DNA of 56,105 nucleotides, counting the filler, from Bipalium vagum (taxonomy: Eukaryota), in the NCBI GenBank assembly GCA_037834085.1. It is 3 parts of 3 records of this genome, joined end to end, with 100 filler letters (N's around TTAATTAATTAA, not from the genome) between each part and the next. Parts side by side here need not be neighbours in the genome. Positions count along the whole stretch, not along the records: positions 18,219 to 40,444 come from JBBMKC010225221.1; positions 40,545 to 56,105 come from JBBMKC010159638.1; 1 more part is not named here. One strand, written 5' to 3'. Made by a program: the position numbers and the translations under genes. The notes below the pieces were generated by a model, which saw nothing but the letters and a program-made list of their open reading frames with translations, searched no databases and was not told the origin of the DNA. Positions 38,095-51,384 of this stretch are shown here, piece after piece (position 1 is the stretch's first letter; every line of letters starts with the position of its first letter).

Positions 38095-40250
38095 TTATCT
38101 GCTTTTCTTCGTCAATTTTAAGCTATGCACCGTCTTAACTGCACCAGAGATTAATTGTCTAAATATCAATTTTGTTGCGGGTTGCAAGTGCCATTGTTGA
38201 GCGAGTCCTTCATATTTCTTCTGATTTCTTTTACGACCTTCAGAGAAGTTACTACGCTCATTATTGGGTTCTTTAAAGTCGATGAGACTGATAACTTTCT
38301 TGTCCTTGAATCTGAGAATTAAGTCTAAGCGTAGCACGGTTTTCACCTCGTGAGGACGTATATCCATGCCTATGTGCAATCCCAAATCCCTAGGAAAGTT
38401 AAACAAATACGTTAACATTTGATTGCGTTTCGTTATTGGTTGGTCTGGCCGGGTGGGGAAGTGATTTAGCACATGTCCTTGAGTTTCCATTGTAGTTTTG
38501 CAGAGTCTACAAAGGCTGTCTCTCGCCTTCACAATGTTTATATAACGAAAGTTAAGTGCGAAATTGTTGCTCCGTGATTTAATCATGAAAAACCAATACG
38601 CTGCAGGCAGTGTATTGGTAATCATGATTTTATTAGATCAAACGCTCATTGATGAACAACCCAAAACCCAACCTTGGCCACGTGACTCATTCACGTGTTG
38701 TAATACTGAATACTCAACCCTTGGTGTAGAGTCATGTTGGTCTCATTTATGTTCTTGTTTCCGAAAAAGTAACTTGTTGACTCACCGTTAGTCAATTTCA
38801 TCGTTACTTTTAGGTGTACCTCTTCCTAAAAAATAGAATTGGCATTCTATATTTCTGGATCGGAGAGCCTTAAGGAAATTCATACCTTGATCCAACATGT
38901 GCCCTCTGCATTAAGATTGCTTTTGAGGTTATTGCTGAGCCATCTCAATGTTAGACTGAAGTCAACTGAGGTTTCTGGTCAAGACTGACCTGCATTGCTG
39001 GTCATTGCTTATCAGAAATCTTAGTCCCTGCACCACACTTCAAATGTGGTACCCATCATACTCAGGAACTATACCGAAACCCCCAAGTGCGATAGGGGTG
39101 TACAAATATGAGATATTTGCCCTTGAGATCAATGTCGTATTGGTGACTGACCTCAGTGTTTTTCTGACGAGCTCATCAAATCCAACCTTTTCTTCTTCTA
39201 TCACTCTCTCTAACCAAATGCGATGACAGTGTTTGGGTATCCACCACTCTATTTCTAAAGTGGAATGGAAGCCTAGAATGTAAGAATATTTTGAAACAAT
39301 CTATTTTCTGGGTTGGGTGGAGATGGGATTTCAATACCCGATGGAAATGGTCCAAGACCCAGCAAGGATCTTGTCCATTCCCATTCTTTTATCTTGGCCT
39401 TGAAACAATTCAAGGTAAAGGTATTGGTTGGAGACATCCACTATGGGGACTTTATTTTACTATTTTTTTACTATTTTATTTTACTATTTTACACCAATAC
39501 CAGAATTGGGATCAGTATTAAAATATCCACATTTCTGTGGCCGAAATTTTATGTGAACTTAATCCCAGGCACCACTCACCTTATCCAATATTAATTGGAG
39601 TTCATTGGTTGATCTAGCAAGAACACTAGATCGTCTGCGTATGCCAATCCTTGGATTTTTTGGAGAAAATCTCCAGTTGATTCGGTCTTTTAGAGGACAT
39701 TTCTAGGATAAAGTTTATGCTGAGACAAAAAGTGGACATAGATAAAGGGCATCCCTGTTTGACCTTTTTCAGAACAGGAATACTATCAGTAGTGATTGGA
39801 CCACACTGATAGACCGTCTTCACTTCTCTATAGTTCATTCAATTAGTTTAATTGAATCACTTTTTACAAGGTATGCCACGGCAATTAATGAGGCACGGAG
39901 CCAAATGCATCTGCAATGTCCGTCCAGCACACGTGAACCGGTTTTCTTTGGATTTTAGGGTGCTCAATTATTACTGCGAGCGTACCACTGAGTTCGGGAC
40001 ATCTGTCGTTAGACGGCAATGCTTTTTGATGCTGACTCAGCAATTTTCCTACCTAAGCCATCCCATCAAGTGTTTATTAAGGATCAAAGTATATATTCTA
40101 TCAGGGTATAGGCCCTGCTATGTTGTCTACAGCTCCGTACTCTACTGCTACTACCAATATTACTTTTGTCCTTTTTTCTCGAAAGTCAACAGTAACATAG
40201 GCTTACAAGTTTGGGCCTACCAGACGACAAAGGGATACTTCACCATGGGT
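38095..40250 (-). mobile_element. Decayed R2/NeSL-like RLE non-LTR retrotransposon
   Basis: RT motifs VKQGCPLSM..F and AYADDLVF, TPIALGGFGI, then CRLCKTTMETQGHVLNH (zinc knuckle) and RLDLIL...IDFKEP (PD-D/ExK endonuclease). Confidence 0.88.
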
Positions 40251-40444
40251 TAGTGGAGTCATTTACTTTTATTTGATATTTTTTATTTCTTCGGTTTTCA
40301 TTAATTATACAGGGTGCGCCAAAAGTCCCTTCCTATCCATTTAATTAAAATACAAGTCAAAACGTATTACATAAATAAAAAATTTTATTAATACAATATA
40401 TTTCAATAGAGGCATAATCTTTTGGTTTACTTTTTAAAGATTAT

Positions 40445-40544
40445 NNNNNNNNNNNNNNNNNNNNNNNNNNNNNNNNNNNNNNNNNNNNTTAATTAATTAA
40501 NNNNNNNNNNNNNNNNNNNNNNNNNNNNNNNNNNNNNNNNNNNN
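40445..40544. other. Scaffold gap with artificial six-frame-stop linker
   Basis: 44 N + TTAATTAATTAA + 44 N. Confidence 0.97.
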
Positions 40545-41131
40545 AACTGACCATCTGCATCAAAAGATTTTTCATCACTAAACATAATTTTGTTCACTGC
40601 CTGTTTACTAAATCTTTTTCTAAACCAACATGGACATGTCTTTCGTCTATTGATTTGAGACTCAGATAGATAGGGAACTTTTATTTTCCTGTAACACATT
40701 TGAAATCTAAAGCTAACTTTCTAGGTGATTTCTTTTTTTGTTTGTTGTAAGGGTTCTAATAATTTTTTTGAGAAATGTTTTCGTTCTTACGGTTCTTGGA
40801 AGTCCAGGAGAATTTCGAGCAAGTAATGATTTTCCATCTTTTACTAGTTTAGTCAATCTATAAATAGTGGACTTTGGTACCGTTTTTGCTACAGCTTAAT
40901 AAATTCTTTCTGGTGTTTTCCAATTTTCATAATGGGTTTTAATCTGATTTCTTACACAGCTCTCATACGTCATTGTCTAAAAGAAAATATTGCTAAAAAT
41001 AACGTACGTTTATTTTGCAAGATATTAAAAACCTTGGCATAAATTAAATCAATTAATAATTCAAATTTAAATTTTTTTAGTTTAAAAATAATGTATTTAA
41101 ACAATTTATCATTCTTTATTGACCACCCATT
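40545..41131 (-). mobile_element. 5' half of a Tc1/maT (DD37D-like) transposon cut by the gap
   Basis: KIMFSDEKSFDADGQ at the gap edge, with upstream HTH-like remnants. Confidence 0.65.
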
Positions 41132-41452
41132 AATATGTTTTACGTAAAAAAATTATGCTTTAAAACTTCAAGCTTTAATCACATAAATATAATTGAGCAA
41201 AAAAGCAGAACACATAAGGACAAAATAAAAATAAATTATTTTGAGGTCAATTAGTTTTCTTAAAAAGTTTTCATCATAATTTATAAATTTAATAATTATT
41301 TTATTTTCATTACCTTTATTATTAGGCTGGTTACATGATAATCAATAATGGACTGCAGAATATGCTTGACATTGGTGTTTTGAAAATTTGCAGAGTTCTA
41401 TGAATAAAAATAATAATAAATACAGAATCAAATTTATCAAATAATAACAATA

Positions 41453-41458
<6 letters not shown>

Positions 41459-41503
<45 letters not shown>
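41459..41503. repeat. (ATT)n microsatellite
   Basis: About 15 tandem ATT units. Confidence 0.95.
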
Positions 41504-41507
<4 letters not shown>

Positions 41508-41669
41508 TACATCCATTTCTAAATGCCTAAATAATATATAAATTCATTTTATATATTGCATTTAAGACACCGTTTGAAAAACCTTTTTGATGTTTTATAA
41601 ATTTCCAGAGTATTAATAACTTTAATCATTTAAAAAATAATCTTAATGTAACGATAATAATTTCAGTTT

Positions 41670-42420
41670 CATAGATTTTTATGAAGACGGATTGATAAAA
41701 TTTATTTTATTTTTTCAACATAATCTCTATTTAGGTTTATGTACTTTTTCTAAAGGTGCACGAGCTTTCTCTGATGCCATTTGAAAACTAGCTTTAATCA
41801 TAAGCTTCAAAATACTTAGTTGTTTGACTCAAAATGTCATTTTTGACCGAGACCTCTTTTTTCAAGCCATTTTTTGAAACGTGGAAACAAAAATAAATCA
41901 AACATCGGTAAATATGGAGAATAAGCTGAATGTTGAAGCAAATCGTACAGCAATTTAAACAATCTTTGTTCAATTTTCTCAGCATCAATGAGAAAGTTCA
42001 TTTTCATGATGTAAAAAAACTTTTTTCTTCAAACGAGGTAGTTTCTTTTTCATTTAAAATATTAAGTATCTAACGAATTTTCACTCGAAGATATTCCAAT
42101 GATTGTATCGTCGATTTAATCGATCATCTCTGATAAAATCACATCATTCTGAATGATCGTTGTTAGTCAAATTCTGCTTGATAGATCACGTTTGAATTCA
42201 GCGAACCAATATCTCATCATAAAATTTGATGGAGTAGATTTACCGTTATATATATCTTGAGCTTTCCTTCTGTTATTTTTTCGTTTTACCTTTTTAAAAG
42301 TAGTTTCTAATCACTACACGAAATTCATTTTTCTCCATTTTTTATAGAATTAAAAAGTAGCTTATTTCAAACGATTTAAACGAAAAACCTAACGCATGAC
42401 TTAATATTAAATATGTTGGA
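41670..42420 (-). mobile_element. Internally deleted mariner (irritans/Himar1-like)
   Basis: N-terminal MEKNEFRVVIRNYF, WFAEFKRD and C-terminal KYFEAYD...NRDYVEK. Confidence 0.75.
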
Positions 42421-44803
42421 GTCTGTCCCACAATTTTAAGGGTTTTACCTTCATAATTATTTTAGAAAATTATCGTATTACCACTTGTCAATTATTTGAT
42501 AGCGCTGAAACAAATATTTATTTCACAAATATTCTTAATAATTAATTAGAATTTTATTAAGAAAATCTTATCTTTTAATTTGGAGTCATATCCTTATAGT
42601 CACAATGATCGTTTTTCAAAATTCATTTTCCTTAATGGATATTTTTATATCAATGATATCGTAAATTATTAAATCAATTATTAAATCACAATAATTAAAC
42701 TAATTTAATGATTTTTAAGTTTAGCGTTAAATAATTGACAATATTAAAATTTTAAAAAATTACTTCCTGTTCATTTGGCGCTTCAACAGATTAATATCTT
42801 GGTTTATTACTATTTCAATAAATATCACTTATTCTTTTTTGGTCAACTCTGAGTCCTTTAATTGTACTAATAAAACTTAACTTCCTTTAACTTAAACGAT
42901 CCTGTCTTGATTTGAATAATATTTCATCAATTTCAAAAAAATGTTATGACCTTAATTGATTATCTTAAAAAAAGATTTTAAAAAAATATTTCTACATAAT
43001 GTGATTTATATGATACACAGTATTGTCTTAAGAATTTTCTAAATGGTTTAAACAATGTCTTTAATTAATTTAATATTTTGTTTATTCTTTTATATCTTAA
43101 ATTAACTAATTGTAAGTAACTGAAATTCTCGTGTACTCTTAAACCATTCAATTCAATATTAAATAAAAGATTTTTCTTCTCAAAGAAAGAAAATTTTATA
43201 AATGAAAATTGATTAAATCAACAATTACATTTCCAATCAATTCATTACAATGTTAATGTGGTTTTTTATATATAATAATATATTGCTAATTTAAGAATTT
43301 TTAAATATTTTAATTATTGTTTTAATCTTTAGATAAATTAATTTTTTTATTTTGATCTATTTTATATTTTTAACTAATGAAGATTTCTGATCTGTTTTAA
43401 AAGTGAAAATATTTAAATGAAATGAATATTAAAAATAAAATTTTAAGGATAAATAAATATTATTAAGAAAATAAATAAATATAAACAAATATGTAAATAT
43501 TTTATAGCTTCCACGCTTGGTATATTAAAGTACAAAAATATGAATAATCAATGACAAAATAAAAATCTGAAAAGTTCAGCTTATGTGAAAAATTGTGTCA
43601 AAGTTATTTTGAAAAATCTAAAAAGGCAAAACAATTTTCTGGAAAACAAATATTGAAAGTAATGCATTAAAAATCATTCTAATTTTACGTAATTTCTACG
43701 AGGCATTTCCGTATCAATTTTAAATTGATTTTATCAATATTTACTAAGACATTTTCCAATAATGATTTATATAAAAAAATTCTTAAATCTTAAAAAAATG
43801 TGTAAAGTTATAATTCAATTAAATATTTCAATTTTCGTTTCATTTCGATTTGGAAATAAAATTTATTTTATTGTTTGGAATTCTTTTTCCCAGCAAAAAT
43901 GAAAAGAATAACAATTTTAATTACTAACTTGTCATTCGGGTGTTTTTGGGCATTTTTTCTTATTTAGGATAATATGATTTATTTCACAAATATTGGGAAA
44001 GGAAATTCGAATTTGTTAATAAAAGCCAAAATATGGAAACTTGATGAAAATAGAAAGAACTCGTTGACAAAGTTCAACACAATAAATTTCGAAATAAATA
44101 GAACCTGAATTATTAAAATTAAAAAAAGAAATTTTCAATTATATTTATCCTATTTTGTTCCTTTAAAAAGACGTCAGACATCTCAAACCAGAAATCAATA
44201 TCAAAACAATTAATCAGAAAATAATGGGAATACACAGATGGCAATCACCAACACTTAATCACACATTCTTATTACATTTATATATAGATTTGTGAATTTT
44301 CTAATGAAATTTTCTTCAGTATATGGAAATTATTATTTGTCAGTATATCAGAACTCGCTCCATAGAAAGGAAAAAACCATAATTGATATCATAATAATAA
44401 AAATGTAATCTAATTACAATAGATAAAAACTTAGCGTTGTCATTAAAATAACGATATGTAAGAAATAAAATATAATGCACTCAAAATAAATAATAAATGT
44501 AATAACATCAGAAATAGTAAAGAAGATTATTTACAAATACCCCTTGAGTACTAAATGAGAAACTGAATAATTATTTCTGCGAAATAAAAATTCAACAACA
44601 TGAAAATAATATAAAAAATGTAGTAAGAAGTAAAAGAAACCATCTCTATACAACAAAATCAAGTTCAATTTCCGATCTCAAACGTTAAATTAATCTGGAT
44701 AAATAAAAAATACGTTTCAATAAATAATCAAAAGATCATAATAACTTTTAGATTTGTTATAAATGTTTATCAATATAAATCAATGATATGCAAGCTGCTA
44801 GAC

Positions 44804-45325
44804 CACCAAAGGTTCTCAACCCTGGGGTTACGATCCCAAATGCATTTTTAAAGAGGTTGCTGAATTATGGTAGATGTAAAAATCATTACATGTGAAAAAT
44901 CTTGTTTTATGATGCTGTTAAGTAAATAGTTTTTGTGATGCTGATTAAACTTCTTTTATTCACAATTACATTAACTACAGTTAAGTATTTTATAGGTAAT
45001 GCTGTTATCTGATAATCTTATTATTATAGGTAATTCATTACCTTTTGTAAATCAATGAAATGTAAATTAAATGATAACTAAATATCATTCCATTCTGTAT
45101 AATATATACCATATAAATTTTCCCTTATAACAAAATATCATTTCAAAAAGCCTATTGAATGACTTCAACGATCAGAAAGCACCCATAAGCTTCTGAAAGT
45201 GAAACAGTATCAGCATTTTCATTAACTTGTTGCAAATTGATTTTAGTAAATATGATGAGCTGACTTATTTTTAGTAATATTGATTTTCTTTGGGGTCGTC
45301 ATAGAAAAAAGATTGAGAACCGCTG
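44804..45325. mobile_element. Non-autonomous hAT (Charlie/SPIN-like) MITE, 522 bp
   Basis: Perfect 8-bp TSD TGCTAGAC at 44796-44803 and 45326-45333. Termini ggttctcaa.../...ttgagaaccgctg with subterminal ggggtt/ggggtc motifs. Confidence 0.88.
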
Positions 45326-46229
45326 TGCTAGACTAAAGTATATTTAGATTAATTCTCTATTTTAATAATAATAAATTTGATTTAAATGGTTAAATTAATT
45401 ATCTTGACAAAGTTTATCTATTGAGACTTTCTTTGATAATAAAGAACTTGAAACATAAAATATAAATAAATTATTGTTCACATTTTTAACTAAATAAGAG
45501 AAAAAAATATTAAAGACTTATTTTTTTAATGTATAAATTATATTTTACTTTCAAGACAAGAATGTGTGGAATTATCTGATCTGGAAAATAATTCTATCCA
45601 ATGAAAGACAATAAATATTTATATAATTAAAACAGAGTTCTATATATAATTCAAATAATTTGATTGTAAGTGCAGCTTTTTGATTTATAGATTTTCAACA
45701 TGATTAAAAACAGTTATATTCATCTATAAACATTGAATGCATTCTACCATTATTTATTTACCATTTTGTCACCGAATTTCCTTAAAATGAGTTATAATAT
45801 TTTCGTTCTTGAAATAATGCAATAATAATATTTCGGAATAAATTTTAAAACAAATTAAGCAGGTCGAACATAAAATTCTGTTTGGCATTTGAAAAAAGAC
45901 ATGAACATTGATATAAAATTTTCGTTACTGAATTGATTTTTTAAAAAGAAAACTCAATAAATATTTTCTGAAAAGTTATTTTTAGAGGAAGTAGACTCAT
46001 AATTTGAGGTTTTTTGTATGTTAAATTATTAATTTTCTTTCTCGGAACAAGCAATTTATCAAAATTTGACTTTAAAAAATGAAAATAATATAAAAATATA
46101 AGGTGAAGGAAGTAGATTATTAAGAAATATCAATATGAGAAAATGACAGAAACAAAGACCCTATAAATTATTATGATTGGTTTTAGAGATTGGTGTTTCT
46201 TATAAAAAACGTTGCCATAATCTTCTTTG

Positions 46230-46760
46230 ACACACTATGGGAACGTGTATTTTTTATTTTTTCTCATCATCTTAAAAACCAAAACAGAAGATTAGCCTCT
46301 ATTTTTATACTCATATTAGTAAATCTAAGATTCTAAAACATTTTTAGCTTCCGTTGTTAAACCTAGTCAATTTGAGAACCAATTAGAAACCAAGTTTTTT
46401 ACACACAATTCTTCATCAGGATTTTTTGCAATGAGGTCTTTGAGATCCCAACAATATGTAACATGTCTATCTTCATTGATTAGATAACGCATAGCATCAA
46501 TATTTTGTCGAATCACTACGGTTCTTTGTGCATCATTCCCTGGCTCATCTGTGAAAATAGAGGTCACGTCTGTATCTGGCGTACCAGTGGGAAATTGCCA
46601 ACTGATTCATCCAAAAAAACATCTCGAATCGACATTGTTCTTGAATCCTCTTCGATAATTATAGAAGATTATTGCCCGAAAATTTTCATTGATTAAATAA
46701 ACTGTTTCTGTTTACTGAGATTTGAAAATAATCACTCCTAATAAACGAATTGATAGATTA
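46230..46760 (-). mobile_element. Decayed mariner 5' fragment
   Basis: TSIFTDEP...NIDAMRYLINEDRHVTY matches the mariner HTH2 region. Confidence 0.7.
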
Positions 46761-46829
46761 GATTGTATCAAAAGTTTCAGTGATTTTGATCGATTAATTT
46801 TCTTTTACCAACATAAGTATTTTTAATAA

Positions 46830-47500
46830 ATTCTTAAATTTTGTTTTAATAAACATATCAATGCATTTATTTGAATTTATAAGTATAGTAAAGTGAAGAC
46901 AGAAAAAGTTGCAATTCGAGGTTTGATCTGATATTATTAGAAAAGGAGTTTACTATTTTGCCACGACAAAGACTATTTGTGATATTTAAGATGTCATTGC
47001 CTATAGCAGAGTGGTTCAAAACGTTTCAGAACGGTGATTCTAGTCTCGAAGATAAGTCAGACCAAGGGGGACATTACATGATAAATGAATGAGTTCTATA
47101 CGAAACATTAATTTATCACCAATATCCCTCCACATGCGATTTATTTAAGATTATTAAATCATCATAGGATTCCATTAATCGAAACCTGAGAAAATTTGAA
47201 TACAACCTAGTTTGAATCCACGTGAGTTATCGGACGTTAAACTCAAAGAAGCTTGGAAATCTGTAAAAATCTTTATACATTTTTTAAAATCTTACATAAA
47301 GATTTGCAAAAGTCATACAGCAACTGCTTTGGGCGTCGTATTGTTACTGCACATAGCAAATGGTACTATCTTATCAATCAAGGAGAAAGTAAATATCGGA
47401 CTGTACTTGATCAACCTCCTGCAACAATTGCTCAAAAGAAATAATTTGAGAAAAGGTCATGATCAGTGTTTCGTGGAAATATAAAGGTGAAATCCATTTT
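46830..47500 (+). mobile_element. Decayed mariner fragment
   Basis: WFK..FQNGDSSLEDK, RRIVTAHSKW and KVMISVSW, with frameshifts. Confidence 0.7.
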
Positions 47501-48093
47501 GAGTTTGTACCACGAGGTCGTGCTACAAATTGACAAAGTTTGACAGAGTTTTGTCATTTGTTCATATAATTCCATTACAGTTTTGTGAATTATGAATTCA
47601 CGGAAACTTTTGATAAACATAATATCTAAACAAAATCTTGAAAATAAATGACTTAAATATATGTGTCGGTTTTACATTCTAAAATTTTATTATCAGAAAC
47701 TTCTATGCGCCATGTACATAACTTCAAAGATAGCCCTCGTAAAACAAAAATAAAATAAACTGATATTTCTGAAAAGTTTGTGCCGATTTATTTAAAAATA
47801 TTTTTTAATTAAAGTATTAAACTACCACAGATAAGACCGCCTTATATGTGATATACATATTTAATGGTTTTTCTCCTCATTCCATGTCATTTGCACTTTA
47901 GAAATTAATTGGAAGATTCTCAATTTAATCAAGAATTCTTAGATATTCTAACAATCTTGTTAGGAGATAATGATATTAATGAAATTTAAATTAACAATAT
48001 CTTATTTTATGATGACCAAAAACGTCTAGTGCTTTTCGTCACAATGCATATAATCAGGAGCAAAACCAATATTATATTTCATGAAAATAGTAC

Positions 48094-51000
48094 TTGAATA
48101 ATCTGAAAATCGGTTTCTTCAAAGGCCATCTTGACTATATTAATATTTCTTTCAATTTCTTCGGGCATTGAAATAGATTTTCGAAAGCAGTCACCATCAA
48201 AACCTTGTTCGTTATTATAGCCTGAATCTTTGAATTTATCGCCAATAAGTTTTTTCGCTCGATTAGCTGCAATTAATTCTTTCTTCGCTTTACGAGCTTC
48301 TTCACTGAGAACTACTGAATAACAAAATATTTATTTTAAGCGATAATTAAAGAAAGACATTAAAAAGTTAAAATTACAAAATTAAGATAATAATAAAATA
48401 ATAATAATATATATTTAAAAATATAACAGTTTTACTGATGAACTGACAATGAATTTGAAATGAAGAATAAATAACAATTAACTTGTCAGGAGTTTCATTT
48501 GTAATCTAATGTGCTTAATTTTGTGAATTATGCCCATTAAATACCTTTGGAAATTGATTCAACTTTTAAAAGTTAGATTTTCTGACACTTTTCGTGAGTT
48601 TGTTATAATTTATAAATTATAATTTTATATATTTTATAGAATAAGCGAATTAAAACATTATATCTCAAATACTAAAGAAAACAAGTTTTTAACTTTAATA
48701 AAAATCAAATGATAACCAAAAAATAGTTCAAGGATTGAATTTCGATAAAATAAAATCCATTTTTCAAGTTGTTACCAATTTTTATTTATTTTTATAAATT
48801 AACACCTTTTCAATGTTATTATTTTTTTTACATCAAAATTTCCGATTAGAACAGCTTAACATGAACACCAAATGTTATTTTATCATTCATAGCTAAGAAT
48901 TATATCTATATATATACAAATATTTTAATATTTATATAATTATATCAACCGCAAACCTCCTTTAATATATAATATCTGTTCATTTTTATTGACTTTTCAT
49001 TAAGAAACGGAAGGAAAAATTATAATTTAGACTTAGTTATATTTAATATTTTCCATAACTTTCAAAATAAAAATTTTAATATAATTAATGTGTTTAATGT
49101 ATCTCAATTAAGAAGCCTAACTTCGATAAAATAAGGCAGATAGTTAATAAAATATCAAATAATTATGACAGTTAACTTAATTTTAAACAAACTTACGATC
49201 TTTGGCCATTCCAACCCCTAAACATTTTCTCCACCTACATTCTTGACATTGCGCTCTATTGTGAGGTTGAATGACACAATTGTTGTTGAATTTGCAGCTA
49301 TATTTTAAATTGTTCTGAACCGTTCGACGGAAAAAACCCTTAAATAAAAATAAATTCACCAATAAATTAAAAATTACAACAATATACTTAATAATAATAA
49401 TTGATTTTATTGTGATAATTTAATGTTATTTTAAATTAATCAATTTTGTTTTTTTCACAATAATGTGTTCATATTTATGAATAAAATTAATCAAATAAAA
49501 TTTATTTTTATAATTTATGATTAATATGGCGCTCAAATATAACTTTAAAGCCGTTCGATGTTGTCCAAAAAATAAAATAATAAAAAGGTTTACTCTACAA
49601 AAGAGATTATTTTGATTCACAAATTAAGAACAATTTTCAAGTCTTGAATAAAGAGAAGTGAAGTTGAAAGTGTTAGCACAAAAGTAAAAAATAAATATAA
49701 ATAAAAGAAAAAAGGAAAATAATTTAATAATTTTAAATAAATAATTTATAATTAATTTTTTAATAAATTTAAAATAAAAATAATAGAAAATTAGCCTGCA
49801 ATTAAAATATAAAATAATGATAGAAATTATAAATTGACAGTCAACGTTAACCATAGAAAATATTCGGAAATTAATATTCACAAATCTTCAATTATCTTTT
49901 GATGACAATTTCCATTCTATATATTTGTTAATTTCCAACTAGAAAGCAGTTTTAAAATAAATGGAATCAAACCGTGGCGCCATCAACTAAAAATATATCT
50001 AAACATTAAACCCCAACAATTAAAACAAATTAAGATGAATAAATATTTATAATATATAACCTGAAAATTAAACAAAAAATCAGTTATAAATCAAAAATTT
50101 TTTGGCTATTCATTCGAATAAAGTACCAAAATTGTAAGTTTGTTTAAAATTATGTATATATACGTATGTCATAGGCATTGCAACTAATATTGTAGCTAAT
50201 ATAATGTGGGTAAAATATTCATCAACTGTTTTGCTAATAATAACATTTGAAAAACAATAAAAAGCTTGTAAGAACAATAAGAATAAGAATGATATCACAA
50301 TTTTAATGAGGCAACTTGTAAATAGTGATTATTAAGTAGTTTGATTAGGCTGGGACCAGTTTAATTTATATATTAAATATCATATTCATTAATGTATTAA
50401 AACAATAAATGAATTTTCGGTATTTTATTTGAATTTTAATTTTTAGGTATTCAGATTTTTCAGGCATTAATTTATTAACCTTTACAATTACTACTTATTC
50501 ATGTCAATTAATATAAAAAAGTCAAACAAAATTTGAATTAAAATTTTCAAAATTCCATATTTTTATTATATTTTCTCGAAGATTCAGATTCTGTATACTT
50601 TGTGGAAAAGTTGTCTTTATGAAAAATAATTACTTTGCATCCTTCACAAGCCATTACTCTATAATGAAAACCTGAAGCATTGTGCTTACAAACAACACAG
50701 AGGTGGGGTCCAGTATTTGGGTCCATGTAGCTTGGAATGAATGGATTCCCTACTGTTGATAAAAACAACCAATACTTTTATCATATTAAACTTACTGGCT
50801 AAAGCTTTTCCTTGTCTTCCTCTACCATATGGAGCCTGAGATGTTTGAACACTGCAATTGTTGTCATTATTTTGCTGATTTAAGTGACGTTTGCGAGAAG
50901 TATTTGATACACTACGACCGCGACCTCGACCTGGTTTTGACTCGTTTTTATCTTGAGTTCTAATTTCACTTACCAAAGATAAATTGGTATTATTGAAATA

Positions 51001-51384
51001 CGAGTCCACTGAATGTACATTTGGTAAGTTCGACTTGATAAAAGAAGGACTATTAATCTGATTGGTAATTATAGACGATATCTGTTGATTGTGTGAATTA
51101 GGAAATGATAAATTTCCCCCAGATGAACAAGATGAACCAATACTGTCATCAGTTGAAGGAAGACATTGGAGGTAGTCAATGTTAGGAGTGTATTGTTGAT
51201 AGGTAAATAAGTCGGCATTGATTGCCAAGGAAGTAGGAGCACTTTGTGAAATGGCTAAAAGCGTATCGACTTTACATTCGTTTTCATACTCATTATTTGT
51301 ATTGAACGAAATATTTCTATCGTACATGTACGAATTTGAACAGGTACTACTACTTTCTGATAAATTTTCTCGCAAACCGTTCAT
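48094..51384 (-). CDS. THR: Thyroid hormone receptor (NR1A) homologue: A/B region, C4 zinc-finger DBD and hinge; LBD not found
   Basis: Exons 51384-50796, 50752-50634, 49338-49197, 48314-48094 are phase-consistent (357 aa). They contain the TR N-terminal signature [11 protein letters not shown], the P-box CEGCKGFFRR, second finger [20 protein letters not shown], and the TR-type T/A-box [24 protein letters not shown]. Confidence 0.92.

Noticed and set aside
49426-50298. F/I/L/K-rich ORFs that look like membrane proteins
   Set aside because: Compositional artefacts of AT-rich TR intron sequence.
50686-50795. C-terminal tail of the 232-aa ORF (…[11 protein letters not shown]…CCL)
   Set aside because: Read-through of the 43-nt intron 50753-50795; splicing restores the TR frame.
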